Below, piece by piece: positions 29,861 to 39,170 of a stretch of 64,000 nt of DNA. Numbering within the stretch: the first letter of the stretch is position 1; the number at the start of each line of letters is the position of its first letter. Below the pieces are notes generated by a model. It saw only the letters and a list, made by a program, of their open reading frames with translations. It made no database searches and had not been told where the DNA came from. The translations under genes and the position numbers were made by a program. This DNA comes from a virus: positions 16,846 through 80,845 of the IMG/VR virus record IMGVR_UViG_3300032607_000303; one strand, given 5' to 3'.

Positions 29861-30065
29861 AACAACAAACAATCCTGTATGGATTAACGCTCATACGGCC
29901 TCATTGCTTCCTTACGGCTCTGCTGTCCTAGCATTGACAAGAGGAGGCAAGCTGATAGAGACTATTTGGACTCTTACCAGCATTGATACATGTGACGCTT
30001 ATATGCTGTATCCTAAGATTCCTGCTGATATTAAGGCTTTGCAACAAGGGAGGAATTGTGAATAA
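29850..30065 (+). CDS. Hypothetical protein
   Basis: Coupled ORF. Confidence 0.55.
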   Translation: MEIKTTNNPVWINAHTASLLPYGSAVLALTRGGKLIETIWTLTSIDTCDAYMLYPKIPADIKALQQGRNCE

Positions 30066-30354
30066 CATCTCTCCTACACCTTGGATTGTACGTTGTATGT
30101 CAGACTATATTGAAGTAACTGATGCAACAGGAAATTCAGTAACAAATAATGAGAGTTACTACCCAACAGCTTTGAAGGTAGGTAATGCTTCAATAATATC
30201 TGCTGCCCCTGACCTTCTGGAAGCACTTGAATTTGCCCGCAACGGTTTGCTTTGGTATCAAGAAAAGTACCCTTTTGAAGTAAGTGAGTGTGATTTTGAA
30301 TTTATGAAGCAGATTGATGCAGTCATCAACAAAGCCACCAAGGAAATTAAATGA
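30058..30354 (+). CDS. Conserved phage hypothetical protein
   Basis: TPW...NA.II.AAPDLLEAL motif; GTG start after GGAGG. Confidence 0.7.
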   Translation: MNNISPTPWIVRCMSDYIEVTDATGNSVTNNESYYPTALKVGNASIISAAPDLLEALEFARNGLLWYQEKYPFEVSECDFEFMKQIDAVINKATKEIK

Positions 30355-30725
30355 ACGCCCTAGCACAATACAGAGCCTCACAAACACCTGAGCAAATTGC
30401 ACAACGCCTTGTAGAAGCTAGACAAGCTGCACATGACAATCGTGCATTTAGAGAGGCTAACAAGCACCTCTACAAGACAGAATATCTTGACAGCAACAAT
30501 TGGCAATCTCTTGCAACAAAACATTCTGTACGTATGCCCAATCAAGATGAGCCTGTCACAACAAAGAGTCTTCGCAAGTATCTGAAGCGTTGCAATGTCT
30601 CTGTAGAAACATTCAATGAGCATTACACAAGCATGGCTTATTTTATTAAAAATAATAGCACATGGACAGCGTTTGCAGGGGCTGGATTGATATTGGAGAT
30701 TAAGGATAGTATGACAATCAATTGA
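30351..30725 (+). CDS. Hypothetical protein
   Basis: 124-aa coupled ORF. Confidence 0.65.
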   Translation: MNALAQYRASQTPEQIAQRLVEARQAAHDNRAFREANKHLYKTEYLDSNNWQSLATKHSVRMPNQDEPVTTKSLRKYLKRCNVSVETFNEHYTSMAYFIKNNSTWTAFAGAGLILEIKDSMTIN

Positions 30726-30896
30726 AATAACATCGTTGTATTGGTTTCAGAGAGATTCTAGCATCCCTAGCACATTCCCCTTATGATTCTACATCCGTAT
30801 TCAATTAAATTGATTTCAGGGTAAGAACACATAAGGAAGTGTTTGACAGGCATTCTAATAAGTTATAAGATGTGTTCATTGACAACAGGAGATAGT

Positions 30897-31079
30897 ATGA
30901 ACAGTAACAAAGAGGTCTATGAAGACGATGTGTACGATGACTCTAACATACATTCAGACATCGACACAGAAGCTATAGCATGGGCTTACCAAAAGCTCCT
31001 AGCCTATGGTGTAGGAAATACAACAATGGACAATGCAATGATGCTGGACAGGCTCAACCTTATGTTATTGGAGAATTGA
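30897..31079 (+). CDS. Hypothetical protein
   Basis: MNSNKE start after AGGAG. Confidence 0.5.
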   Translation: MNSNKEVYEDDVYDDSNIHSDIDTEAIAWAYQKLLAYGVGNTTMDNAMMLDRLNLMLLEN

Positions 31080-31260
31080 TATGCGTGTTATTGAGTATAA
31101 CAATAATCAAGAGATTGCTATTGTGTTGCAAGACACTGGTGAGATTGCCAAGATGTTGATGGCTATTATGGTGTACAATGGTTCGCCGGAGAGGAAACTT
31201 TCTAAGATACCTGTGAGAGTTGTGGAGTTGCTTGAAGAAGCATTGCAGAAAGAATAATTT

Positions 31261-31287
31261 AAAGCCTCCTAGTGAGGCTATTATTTT
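31261..31287 (+). terminator. Rho-independent terminator
   Basis: AGCCTC-CTAGT-GAGGCT plus T-rich tract. Confidence 0.65.
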
Positions 31288-31470
31288 TGATTTTGTAAAA
31301 ACATTTTTCAGGTTTCTGAAATTAAATTTTATGGGTTTTGGTAAATAATTTTATGGGTTTTGGAAATAAAATTCTAGGAATTTTGTAATTCTTGATAATT
31401 TATTTTGTCGTTGACAGCGTTGGTACATGTTTAGATAGTTTATTGTAAACAATTAAAGGAGAAATTAGTA

Positions 31471-32220
31471 ATGACACCATCAATTAAAACATTTGTTCTG
31501 TCCACTGTTGACGTAGTTAAGACGATGACAAGTATGGAAATTGTCTCGTACATCAATGAGTGCCGTGAAGATGGAAAGCCACTAATCTCCCACCCAGATT
31601 TTCTGAAGAAAGTAGATAAGGTGCTTAAAAAAGATGCAGGAAATTTTTCCGACATCTATTTAGATGCTTATGGTCGAGAGCAGAGGTGCTTTAATTTCCC
31701 TAAGCGTGAGGCAAACCTAATGGTTATGAGCGAATCTTACGAAGTTCAAGCTAGAGTATATGACCGAATGGCAGAGCTTGAAAATAATGTACAGAAGCCT
31801 GTTTCAGTTATCCCTGACTTCGACAACCCTATTGCTGCTGCTAGAGCTTGGATTGTAGAGCGTGAAGCTGTGCTAGAGTTGGCAGCTTCTGTAGCAGAAC
31901 AAGCCCTACGTATTGCCCATGATGCCCCAAAGGTTGAGTATGTGGATAAATTTATAGAGGTTGGCTTTGATATGAACCTCCGTGATGCTTGGAAAAGTTT
32001 ACATGTAAAACCTAACATCTTTAGCAAGCACTTAGTGGACGAGGGCGTACTGTACGAAAAGAATTCAACAAAACACGCTTACTCGTCACATATTAATGCA
32101 GGCTATTTTGTAGAGCGTCAGACAAACTTCGGGACACAAGTGTATGTAACACCTAAAGGTAAAACTTACATTGCTAAGAGGTTTTCTGATTGGCTTAAAA
32201 ATAATACCACAAAGAAATAG
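31471..32220 (+). CDS. Rha-like plus KilAC antirepressor-like protein
   Basis: TMTSMEIV...H.DFL.KV..VL...FPKREA.LM.MSESY; PDF.NP..AARAW; APKVEY.D...VTPKG. Confidence 0.85.
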   Translation: MTPSIKTFVLSTVDVVKTMTSMEIVSYINECREDGKPLISHPDFLKKVDKVLKKDAGNFSDIYLDAYGREQRCFNFPKREANLMVMSESYEVQARVYDRMAELENNVQKPVSVIPDFDNPIAAARAWIVEREAVLELAASVAEQALRIAHDAPKVEYVDKFIEVGFDMNLRDAWKSLHVKPNIFSKHLVDEGVLYEKNSTKHAYSSHINAGYFVERQTNFGTQVYVTPKGKTYIAKRFSDWLKNNTTKK

Positions 32221-32224
32221 CAAA

Positions 32225-32252
32225 AAAGCCTCCTAGTGGGGCTTTTATTTTT
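32225..32252 (+). terminator. Rho-independent terminator, near copy of 31261
   Basis: AAAGCCTCCTAGTGGGGCTTTTATTTTT. Confidence 0.7.
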
Positions 32253-32861
32253 AATGTAAATTTTATAATTGTATTTGTAATAAATTTTTTAGTATGTAAA
32301 ATTTTTATAATATACTTTTACTACCTTACAGTTTAAAATACGATTTACTCCTGAAAACCAACTTGTAAAACCGTGGAGCTGGCCCCGAAGAATTTTCAGT
32401 CTTCTTAGCGTTAATTTTACAATATCTCCCTCGCAAGTTTCAATCGTACACCCTTTCGCCATCTGACACACCTCAAAATTGTATTGAAATTTCCCTGAAT
32501 GCGAATAATTCCTATTTACAGCATATTGATAATGCGAAATCAATAGGCGTAAGCTATACCTGCCAGAAAGCCCTACAATCGTTTTAAATTGGTTCCCCTT
32601 ATGTTTCTATAGGTGGATGGGTAAAATGCCATGGCGGGCCTGTATAGCGCCTTGCTAGTCATTTCATGCTGCATATTGCCTGGACATGCCGTGATAATTT
32701 GGCGCTCTTATATGGTGGCCGCGCCTGCTATATAGCTACATTACATACCTTGCAAGGCAATAGCAATAGCCAATCGTAAGTTATTTTTGCATAGTGTAAA
32801 ACTACTGTACTGGCGATGTAGGGATTATTTAAAATATTTGTACTATTTGTGTAGAAAATAG

Positions 32862-32890
32862 TTGACTGTGGTTTTTAGGCACGCTATTAT
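32862..32890 (+). promoter_or_regulatory. Early sigma70 promoter
   Basis: TTGACT-17-TATTAT with AT-rich upstream tract. Confidence 0.7.
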
Positions 32891-33068
32891 TCTGTATGCA
32901 CTGAAAAGCAAGTGCCAACTAACATATAGATAACAAGAATGTACACTTCAAAAACTGGCAAGATATTCGAGGCGATTGTATTTATCGCAATGTTTGTTGC
33001 AATCTGTGGATTTTCTTTATACCATATTGCACGATTAATCGACGGCATGTAATTTAAAGGAAATTAAA

Positions 33069-33467
33069 ATGGAAATCAATATCACGAAGTTTTACAATGT
33101 ATCTTACCCGAAAGACTATAGCTCGAGCGTTATGGAAATTGGAAATAACGCTGGCAAAGCAACATGGCAGGCGGCGAACGATGATAGTTATGAATATATG
33201 ATGTTAGACAATATTGATAAGCTTGATGCCATGCGTTATTATATCGAAGACTTAGGGGGTTGGCACCGTTCGGAAATTTCAGCTATGTCTGATATAGAAC
33301 TTAATTCATTTCTTATACAAATGATATCAGGTGATATCCGAGAATCCTGTTTAAATGAAGACAGAAATGACTGGCAGGGTTATCAGAAAGAGTCTGAGGC
33401 TGGGCAAATTTCCGGCAGAATTCTTGTCGGTGACTTGGGCGAAGTTTATTACTACATTGGCGATTAA
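33069..33467 (+). CDS. Early hypothetical acidic protein
   Basis: 132-aa ORF, AAGGA SD. Confidence 0.75.
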   Translation: MEINITKFYNVSYPKDYSSSVMEIGNNAGKATWQAANDDSYEYMMLDNIDKLDAMRYYIEDLGGWHRSEISAMSDIELNSFLIQMISGDIRESCLNEDRNDWQGYQKESEAGQISGRILVGDLGEVYYYIGD

Positions 33468-33494
33468 TTTAAATAACTTTAAAGGAAATATAAA

Positions 33495-33788
33495 ATGAAT
33501 AACATTAAAAACACAAAAGAAATTTTTTTCGTCGAAGTTACGGATACATACGGCGGCGAAGCAAACTACAGCTGGGTTCATAAATATCTGGTAAAAGCTA
33601 CTACAATGCGCGGTGCTATAAGCGTAGTTTCAAAGTATGAAGGATTCGCAGGACGTTTAAAGGTTGATGGAAATTATGGCGATATGACACGCCATAACGT
33701 ATCAGGCGCAGCTATTTGCATTTTTACACAATATGCCGATGAGTATAATTCCGGAGGCGTTAGAGCGCTTAATTTTGAGCCTAATTAA
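33495..33788 (+). CDS. Early hypothetical protein
   Basis: VE.TDTYGGEANYSWV motif. Confidence 0.75.
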   Translation: MNNIKNTKEIFFVEVTDTYGGEANYSWVHKYLVKATTMRGAISVVSKYEGFAGRLKVDGNYGDMTRHNVSGAAICIFTQYADEYNSGGVRALNFEPN

Positions 33789-33871
33789 AACAATAAACAA
33801 TAGGCTTTAAAGAACAATATTAGAGCCTATTAATTTATTGTTTTAATGTAGTTCTAACCAGAAAGAAAATC

Positions 33872-34465
33872 ATGCGTACAATAGAAACTAATATTTATAA
33901 ATACAATCAACTTTCAAACAAGGCTAAACAAAAAGCACGCGATTGGTATTTGTCCGGCGACCGTGATAACGGTTCAGAATTCGTTATTGATGATGCAAAA
34001 GAGATTGCCAGCATTATAGGTATAGAAATTGATAATATTTACTATACAGGGTTTTCTAATCAAGGCGATGGCGCTAGTTTTACAGGTTATTATAAGTATG
34101 TAAAAGGTGGATTGAAAGCACTGAAAAAACATGCCGCAATTGATAAAGAACTGCACAGAATTGGACAGGAATTGCAAGATATTCAAAAGAGTAATTTTTA
34201 TGGCCTGTCATGTAAAATTGAGCACCGAGGAAATTACTACCACGAAAACACAATGCGTATTGATAGTATTGATAGTAATATTCCATTATCTGACGAAGCA
34301 TACAATGAAGCAGAAAATAATATTTCCAAAGCTTTAAAAGATTTTGCACGGTGGATATATAGTAATTTGGAAAAGGAAAACGATTATAATAATCTTGAAA
34401 GCACAATAGAAGAAAACATTATTTATAACGATTATGAATTCACACCAGAAGGAAAAATTGTATAA
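33872..34465 (+). CDS. Conserved early protein of unknown function
   Basis: IY.Y..LS.KAKQKARDW...GFSNQGDGASF.G.Y...YEFT.EG. Confidence 0.75.
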   Translation: MRTIETNIYKYNQLSNKAKQKARDWYLSGDRDNGSEFVIDDAKEIASIIGIEIDNIYYTGFSNQGDGASFTGYYKYVKGGLKALKKHAAIDKELHRIGQELQDIQKSNFYGLSCKIEHRGNYYHENTMRIDSIDSNIPLSDEAYNEAENNISKALKDFARWIYSNLEKENDYNNLESTIEENIIYNDYEFTPEGKIV

Positions 34466-34740
34466 TGCCAACCATCGGAAATTATCGCGTTAGCTCTAAT
34501 AACCCCCGCGTAGAATCTGGACATCATAAGGAATGCATGGGAACATGCCGGGTAAAATTACATGGCGTCATTCTTGCTAGCGTAGAACTGCCGCATAGTG
34601 ATCCGCTTACATGGATGCGCAGACGCCCGCAGGATGAAAGCAGAAAAGAGTTAGAGAGACAATTGATTGAGAATAATGTAAGTGTTGCAGATGTTACAAT
34701 GATAATGACGTTGCCGGACAGTAAAAAGAATTTTAAATAG
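34465..34740 (+). CDS. Hypothetical protein
   Basis: TAATG-coupled ORF. Confidence 0.5.
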   Translation: MPTIGNYRVSSNNPRVESGHHKECMGTCRVKLHGVILASVELPHSDPLTWMRRRPQDESRKELERQLIENNVSVADVTMIMTLPDSKKNFK

Positions 34741-34811
34741 TGCTTGCAAGGCTGTAGAAATAGTGTAGAATAGCTGTATTGGAAGTCAATTGTAACGCAC
34801 AGGAGAATAAA

Positions 34812-35288
34812 ATGAATACAATTCAAACAATCAAGACAATCGTATTAGCTTACAACAATCAATTCAATGCTGAAGAATTGCCTGTAAATCGCCTTGTTGT
34901 GTCTGACGACGTTGTATCAATCATGGCAACAATCATTGACAGCCAATCGCATACCTGTGACATTGACAATCTTGACGACATAATCGAAGCTTTAGAAAGC
35001 TTGCGCGACTGTTACGGAGAAAGCGAATTTACGTTAGACTTTGACGGAAATGAATACAGGTTGATTGGCGAAGATGCAATATGGGATATCTATGTGGACT
35101 CTATTAAGGAAATTGTTGAAGACTGTTATGATTTAAAACTCAATGATATGCCAGACTTTGTTGCATTATCAATTGATTGGGAACAAACAGCTAAGAACGC
35201 ATATGTTGATGGATATGGTCACACGTTCAGCGGCTACGATGGCAGCGAGGAAGAAGCAGGAAAATACTATATCTTTCGTACTAATTAA
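34812..35288 (+). CDS. Early acidic hypothetical protein
   Basis: MNTIQ start after AGGAG; DGYGH.F..YDG.E C-terminus. Confidence 0.75.
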   Translation: MNTIQTIKTIVLAYNNQFNAEELPVNRLVVSDDVVSIMATIIDSQSHTCDIDNLDDIIEALESLRDCYGESEFTLDFDGNEYRLIGEDAIWDIYVDSIKEIVEDCYDLKLNDMPDFVALSIDWEQTAKNAYVDGYGHTFSGYDGSEEEAGKYYIFRTN

Positions 35289-35386
35289 ATAGCATCAATT
35301 AATAAAGCATGTTAGAATATGTCAATACATGCTTTATTTGTGGAAATTATTAATTGTTTATAACGTAACATTTTGGAGAATATAAT

Positions 35387-35794
35387 ATGCTTTCATTACA
35401 GCAAATTGAAACACGTATTAACGAAGTTTTCACAATGGCGAAATTATGCAAGCATACAACTGTGCAGCTTAATGATAGTATTGCCAAGTCAATGGAAGTT
35501 ATATACAGCCGTACGCCATCAGGACGCTTGCGTTATTCTATATGGGAACAAGGCTATTCTCGTGGATTGATAGCGGCTAACAATTCTGCAATATGGCAAG
35601 ATGTAGAATTCTGCTACCGTGATAAGGATGGAATAATATACAGCACGGCAAGAAACAGTATGCATCGCAGTATTGATATCCTATACGGTAACGGGAAATC
35701 GAGTCTTATCAACAATATGGAATGCGCGCATTTGTGGATAGGATCGTATAAAGAGTATACGCCATGGAAATGTTCGGCTGGCGTTACACAATAA
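35387..35794 (+). CDS. Early hypothetical protein
   Basis: GGAG SD, 135 aa. Confidence 0.65.
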   Translation: MLSLQQIETRINEVFTMAKLCKHTTVQLNDSIAKSMEVIYSRTPSGRLRYSIWEQGYSRGLIAANNSAIWQDVEFCYRDKDGIIYSTARNSMHRSIDILYGNGKSSLINNMECAHLWIGSYKEYTPWKCSAGVTQ

Positions 35795-36190
35795 AGGAAT
35801 AACATAATGTACATTGAGAATATTATTTATTGGATTATGCTGGCAACAATTGTAATTAATTCTAATCGTATTGTTTTTTAATTGGATGTTATTATGATCT
35901 TTACAATAATGGGTTATAAAGTAGAAAATGTAGAGCAAGCTAGATCGATTCTATTTGTAGCAGTATTAAAAGGTGATAAGACTATTTCAGAACAGTGTAG
36001 GTCAGTTATTACTCAATATGAAAAATCTTATTAATCACACAATTAAATTAGTAATAGTTGCCATATGGCCCTATATATTATTTATCATAGTGTATTACTT
36101 AAATAAATGGTTAGGTTGATAATCGTAATGCAGTAGATAAGTATTAGTAAGTGGTATTGAATAATATAATTAGAGAATAGTAAGCATATA

Positions 36191-36211
36191 AGCCCCTATA
36201 CGGGGCTTTTC
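36191..36211 (+). terminator. Rho-independent terminator closing the early cluster
   Basis: AGCCCC-TATAC-GGGGCT-TT. Confidence 0.7.
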
Positions 36212-37129
36212 CTATTGGCAAGCGCATTGTATAAGGTTGGCGTATAGGACGCTGGCATGACGCTATACAGGACGCTATGCAAGCGCTATGCAGGAGCCTA
36301 TGAGTGTAGCTGGCAAGTGGGAAATAGGGCGCGTATTAGTTGCTTATAGTATAGCTAAGTGGGAAATTAATAGCGTTATTGATAGCATGGTGGGAAATTG
36401 TATAGTGTAGGGTAGGATATGGCAGAGTATATATATAAGTTATATAGGAGTTTAACGGGATATCGCACCGAATACAGTAGCCCCTTCTTTCCCTTCTCTT
36501 CATAAGATTATTATCGCGCATATTAATCGTACAATACTTATCACAATAGCAACATAATATAACGTCATTTAAGCTCATTGAGCGCCCTAATAGTTGCTCA
36601 GCAGTAACATTATTAATATACTAATGATGCGCGAATAGGCTATTGATAGCAGCACGGTATGATGTGCGCGGTACCCTTGCAAGGGTATGGTATAGGCTGT
36701 AGTTATTAAGAGCCTTAATAGGCTCCTATTCCGATACCATAGGGCACTTGCGGGGCGTAGTAGGTTATCCAAGTAGGATTATGGCAGGCTCAATCATGCA
36801 CTGGCAGGTGGCATGATAGTGCGATGCTATCGGCTAGGGACGTATCAGGATCGAACGTCTGTGATATTTTAGAGGATCAAATTCTAATCGGAGCCATGGG
36901 TTATCCCTTGTTAAATCACCAATATGCCTCTGTCCATTTTTGAGAATTTCCCAGCCTCCTGACAAGCTTTAAAAAATTCTAATAAGCGCTCCAAAATGTG
37001 AAATAATTAGAATATTTCTTGACATTTAACCTAATATATGCCTGATATTTATGCTATAAGATGTGCCTTTACCTATCGTTTAAGCCTGTATTCTGAAAAA
37101 ATTTTATAAAAATTTCATAGAAATGTTGC

Positions 37130-37158
37130 TTGACGTATGTGATATTTAGCCTCATAAT
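37130..37158 (+). promoter_or_regulatory. Sigma70 promoter for the resolvase
   Basis: TTGACG-17-CATAAT. Confidence 0.65.
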
Positions 37159-37193
37159 ATCCCTACTTTACAGAGCTTCTAGGAGAAATAATA

Positions 37194-37841
37194 ATGGCAA
37201 CAATATTTGGGTATGGTCGAGTGAGCCGCACAGGTCAATCTTCAGAGAATCAGCGTCAAGCTATTGAGAAACACCTCGGTAAACCTGTCGATGTCTGGTA
37301 TGAAGACCATGCTGTAAGCGGCACTGTAAAGACCAGTGTGAGGCCATTATTCTCTAGGATGGTGAAAGAGGCTGTAGCTGGTGATACGCTTGTCTTCAAT
37401 CGTGTTGATCGTATATCACGTAGAGCGTCAGATACATTGACAACTGTAGAGGGACTGTTGGAGAGAGGCGTAGAAGTTTATATAATACAGATTGGCAAAG
37501 ACCCTCTTAGTTCTGCTAAGGGTAAGATGATGTTAGGAATATTTGCCATCTTTGCTGAGGACGAGAGAATGGCATTGGTGGAGCGTACAAAGGATGGGCT
37601 TGCCAGAGTTAAAAAGAATGGCGCAATACTTGGCCCTAAGCTGTCTATCAATCCTGAGACATTAAGAGCTTTGTGTATTGGCAGAGCAGATAAGATTACA
37701 TTAGATGTTCTTAGTAACATGTATGGCATAGACAGAAATACAATACTAAGGAATGTAAAGAAGTGGGGAGGTAGCTTAGAAGAATACGAAGCAGAATGGA
37801 ATAAGCGGGATAAGCAATACAAGGCTAAGGAACAAGCGTAA
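37194..37841 (+). CDS. Small serine recombinase (resolvase/invertase family)
   Basis: GYGRVS catalytic motif, Q..ENQ, SG, RP, GDTL..RVDRISR, ERT..GL, C-terminal HTH. Confidence 0.92.
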   Translation: MATIFGYGRVSRTGQSSENQRQAIEKHLGKPVDVWYEDHAVSGTVKTSVRPLFSRMVKEAVAGDTLVFNRVDRISRRASDTLTTVEGLLERGVEVYIIQIGKDPLSSAKGKMMLGIFAIFAEDERMALVERTKDGLARVKKNGAILGPKLSINPETLRALCIGRADKITLDVLSNMYGIDRNTILRNVKKWGGSLEEYEAEWNKRDKQYKAKEQA

Positions 37842-37848
37842 TAAAATA

Positions 37849-37875
37849 GGCCACTAAGAAGTTATCCTAGTGGCC
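37849..37875. terminator. Hairpin between convergent genes
   Basis: GGCCACTA...TAGTGGCC. Confidence 0.6.
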
Positions 37876-37881
37876 TTCATA

Positions 37882-38553
37882 CTACTTAGTATTGTTAATA
37901 CGATCAGAGGCTATATCAAAATACTTCTGATCCACTTCAATTCCTATAAAGTTTCTATTTGTATTAACACAAGCTACACCTGTTGTTCCGCTGCCCATGA
38001 ATATGTCTAGTACAGTTTCATTTACTTTGGAGGAATTTGTTATTAGTTTCTCAATTACATCTAAAGGCTTTTGCGTAATATGCACCTTACCGTTTGAAAG
38101 TTTAGGCATGACAGCTTTGAAGTTATCTCTGCTGGTATAATCATTAATAGGTTTTGCAGCGCCCTTACGAAAGAACAATACAAGCTCAGTCTGCTTGTAG
38201 TACCAACGATTAGGCATACCAGTATCTTTAATCATAGATAGTATATTGTGTAGTTTGAAGCCTACTTTAGTGGCTGCATTCAAATACTCTTGCAAAGAAA
38301 CAGTATTGGTGAAAACGTAAAAGTGTGTCCGTTCCTTCAGTTTATCGAAGCACAAAGTCATCCACTCTTCAGTGTTTGGGATATCTCCCTCAAATACATT
38401 GTTACCCATACTGTTTGGCATCCAGTTAGGGCGACAAGACTTTCCACGCTTAGTCATACGGTAAGGCGGGTCAATTAGAATCAAGTCCACACTTCCACTA
38501 TCTACCTCCTTCATCCGTTCCAAACAATCCCCAAGCATCAACAAACTAGACAT
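37882..38553 (-). CDS. Orphan N6-adenine/N4-cytosine DNA methyltransferase, beta class
   Basis: IDPPY, H.TQKP, VLDIFMGSGTTG. Confidence 0.92.
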   Translation of the reverse strand: MSSLLMLGDCLERMKEVDSGSVDLILIDPPYRMTKRGKSCRPNWMPNSMGNNVFEGDIPNTEEWMTLCFDKLKERTHFYVFTNTVSLQEYLNAATKVGFKLHNILSMIKDTGMPNRWYYKQTELVLFFRKGAAKPINDYTSRDNFKAVMPKLSNGKVHITQKPLDVIEKLITNSSKVNETVLDIFMGSGTTGVACVNTNRNFIGIEVDQKYFDIASDRINNTK

Positions 38554-38675
38554 ACTCTCTCCTAATCAGGCTCTACCTATTGCAAGTAGAGCCTACAATC
38601 AATTTAAAATGAATGGCTGGCACATTCATATTGCTATATGGTGTAAGCAGCTAAACAGCCCCTAAAGCTAATAGA

Positions 38676-38978
38676 TTAGCTGTTCCATTCCTCAAGAACA
38701 AATGTCAGCGTAACAAACGTAACAACTCCATCCTCACGCCATACACGGTAGTTAAAGCCTCCACTACCTAGTTGATAATCATTAGCACCATAGCTCCCCT
38801 GAATAGCTCTACGTAGTCCCTTTCGGGCATCCTCACGTAACGTACTCTCAACAGGTATTCCACCTTCATCTTTACAATTAGCCCAAGACCACTCTAGCAC
38901 TTGCATAACCTTAGCTACCTTGCTGAATGAAAACCAATCCATAATCTCGTCAATTAGTTTTTGTTCGTTTTGTGTCAT
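38676..38978 (-). CDS. Hypothetical protein
   Basis: 100-aa ORF, AGGAG SD. Confidence 0.7.
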   Translation of the reverse strand: MTQNEQKLIDEIMDWFSFSKVAKVMQVLEWSWANCKDEGGIPVESTLREDARKGLRRAIQGSYGANDYQLGSGGFNYRVWREDGVVTFVTLTFVLEEWNS

Positions 38979-39170
38979 TGTATGCTCCTATTAGTAGTTT
39001 CATAATATTCTGTACATCCTTTAATGTTAGGTGCTTAGGCATCTTAGCACTAGAGCCTATTAAATGTCTCACCTCCCTGTACAATATCTCTGTCTCTGTT
39101 AGTATTGGCATAAGACCTTAAAAGTATAAAGCCTTGCAAGCCTATTATCAGCTATGCAAGGCTTATTAGT

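Noticed and set aside
37882-38553. Restriction-modification system
   Set aside because: No adjacent restriction endonuclease; orphan methyltransferases are common in phages
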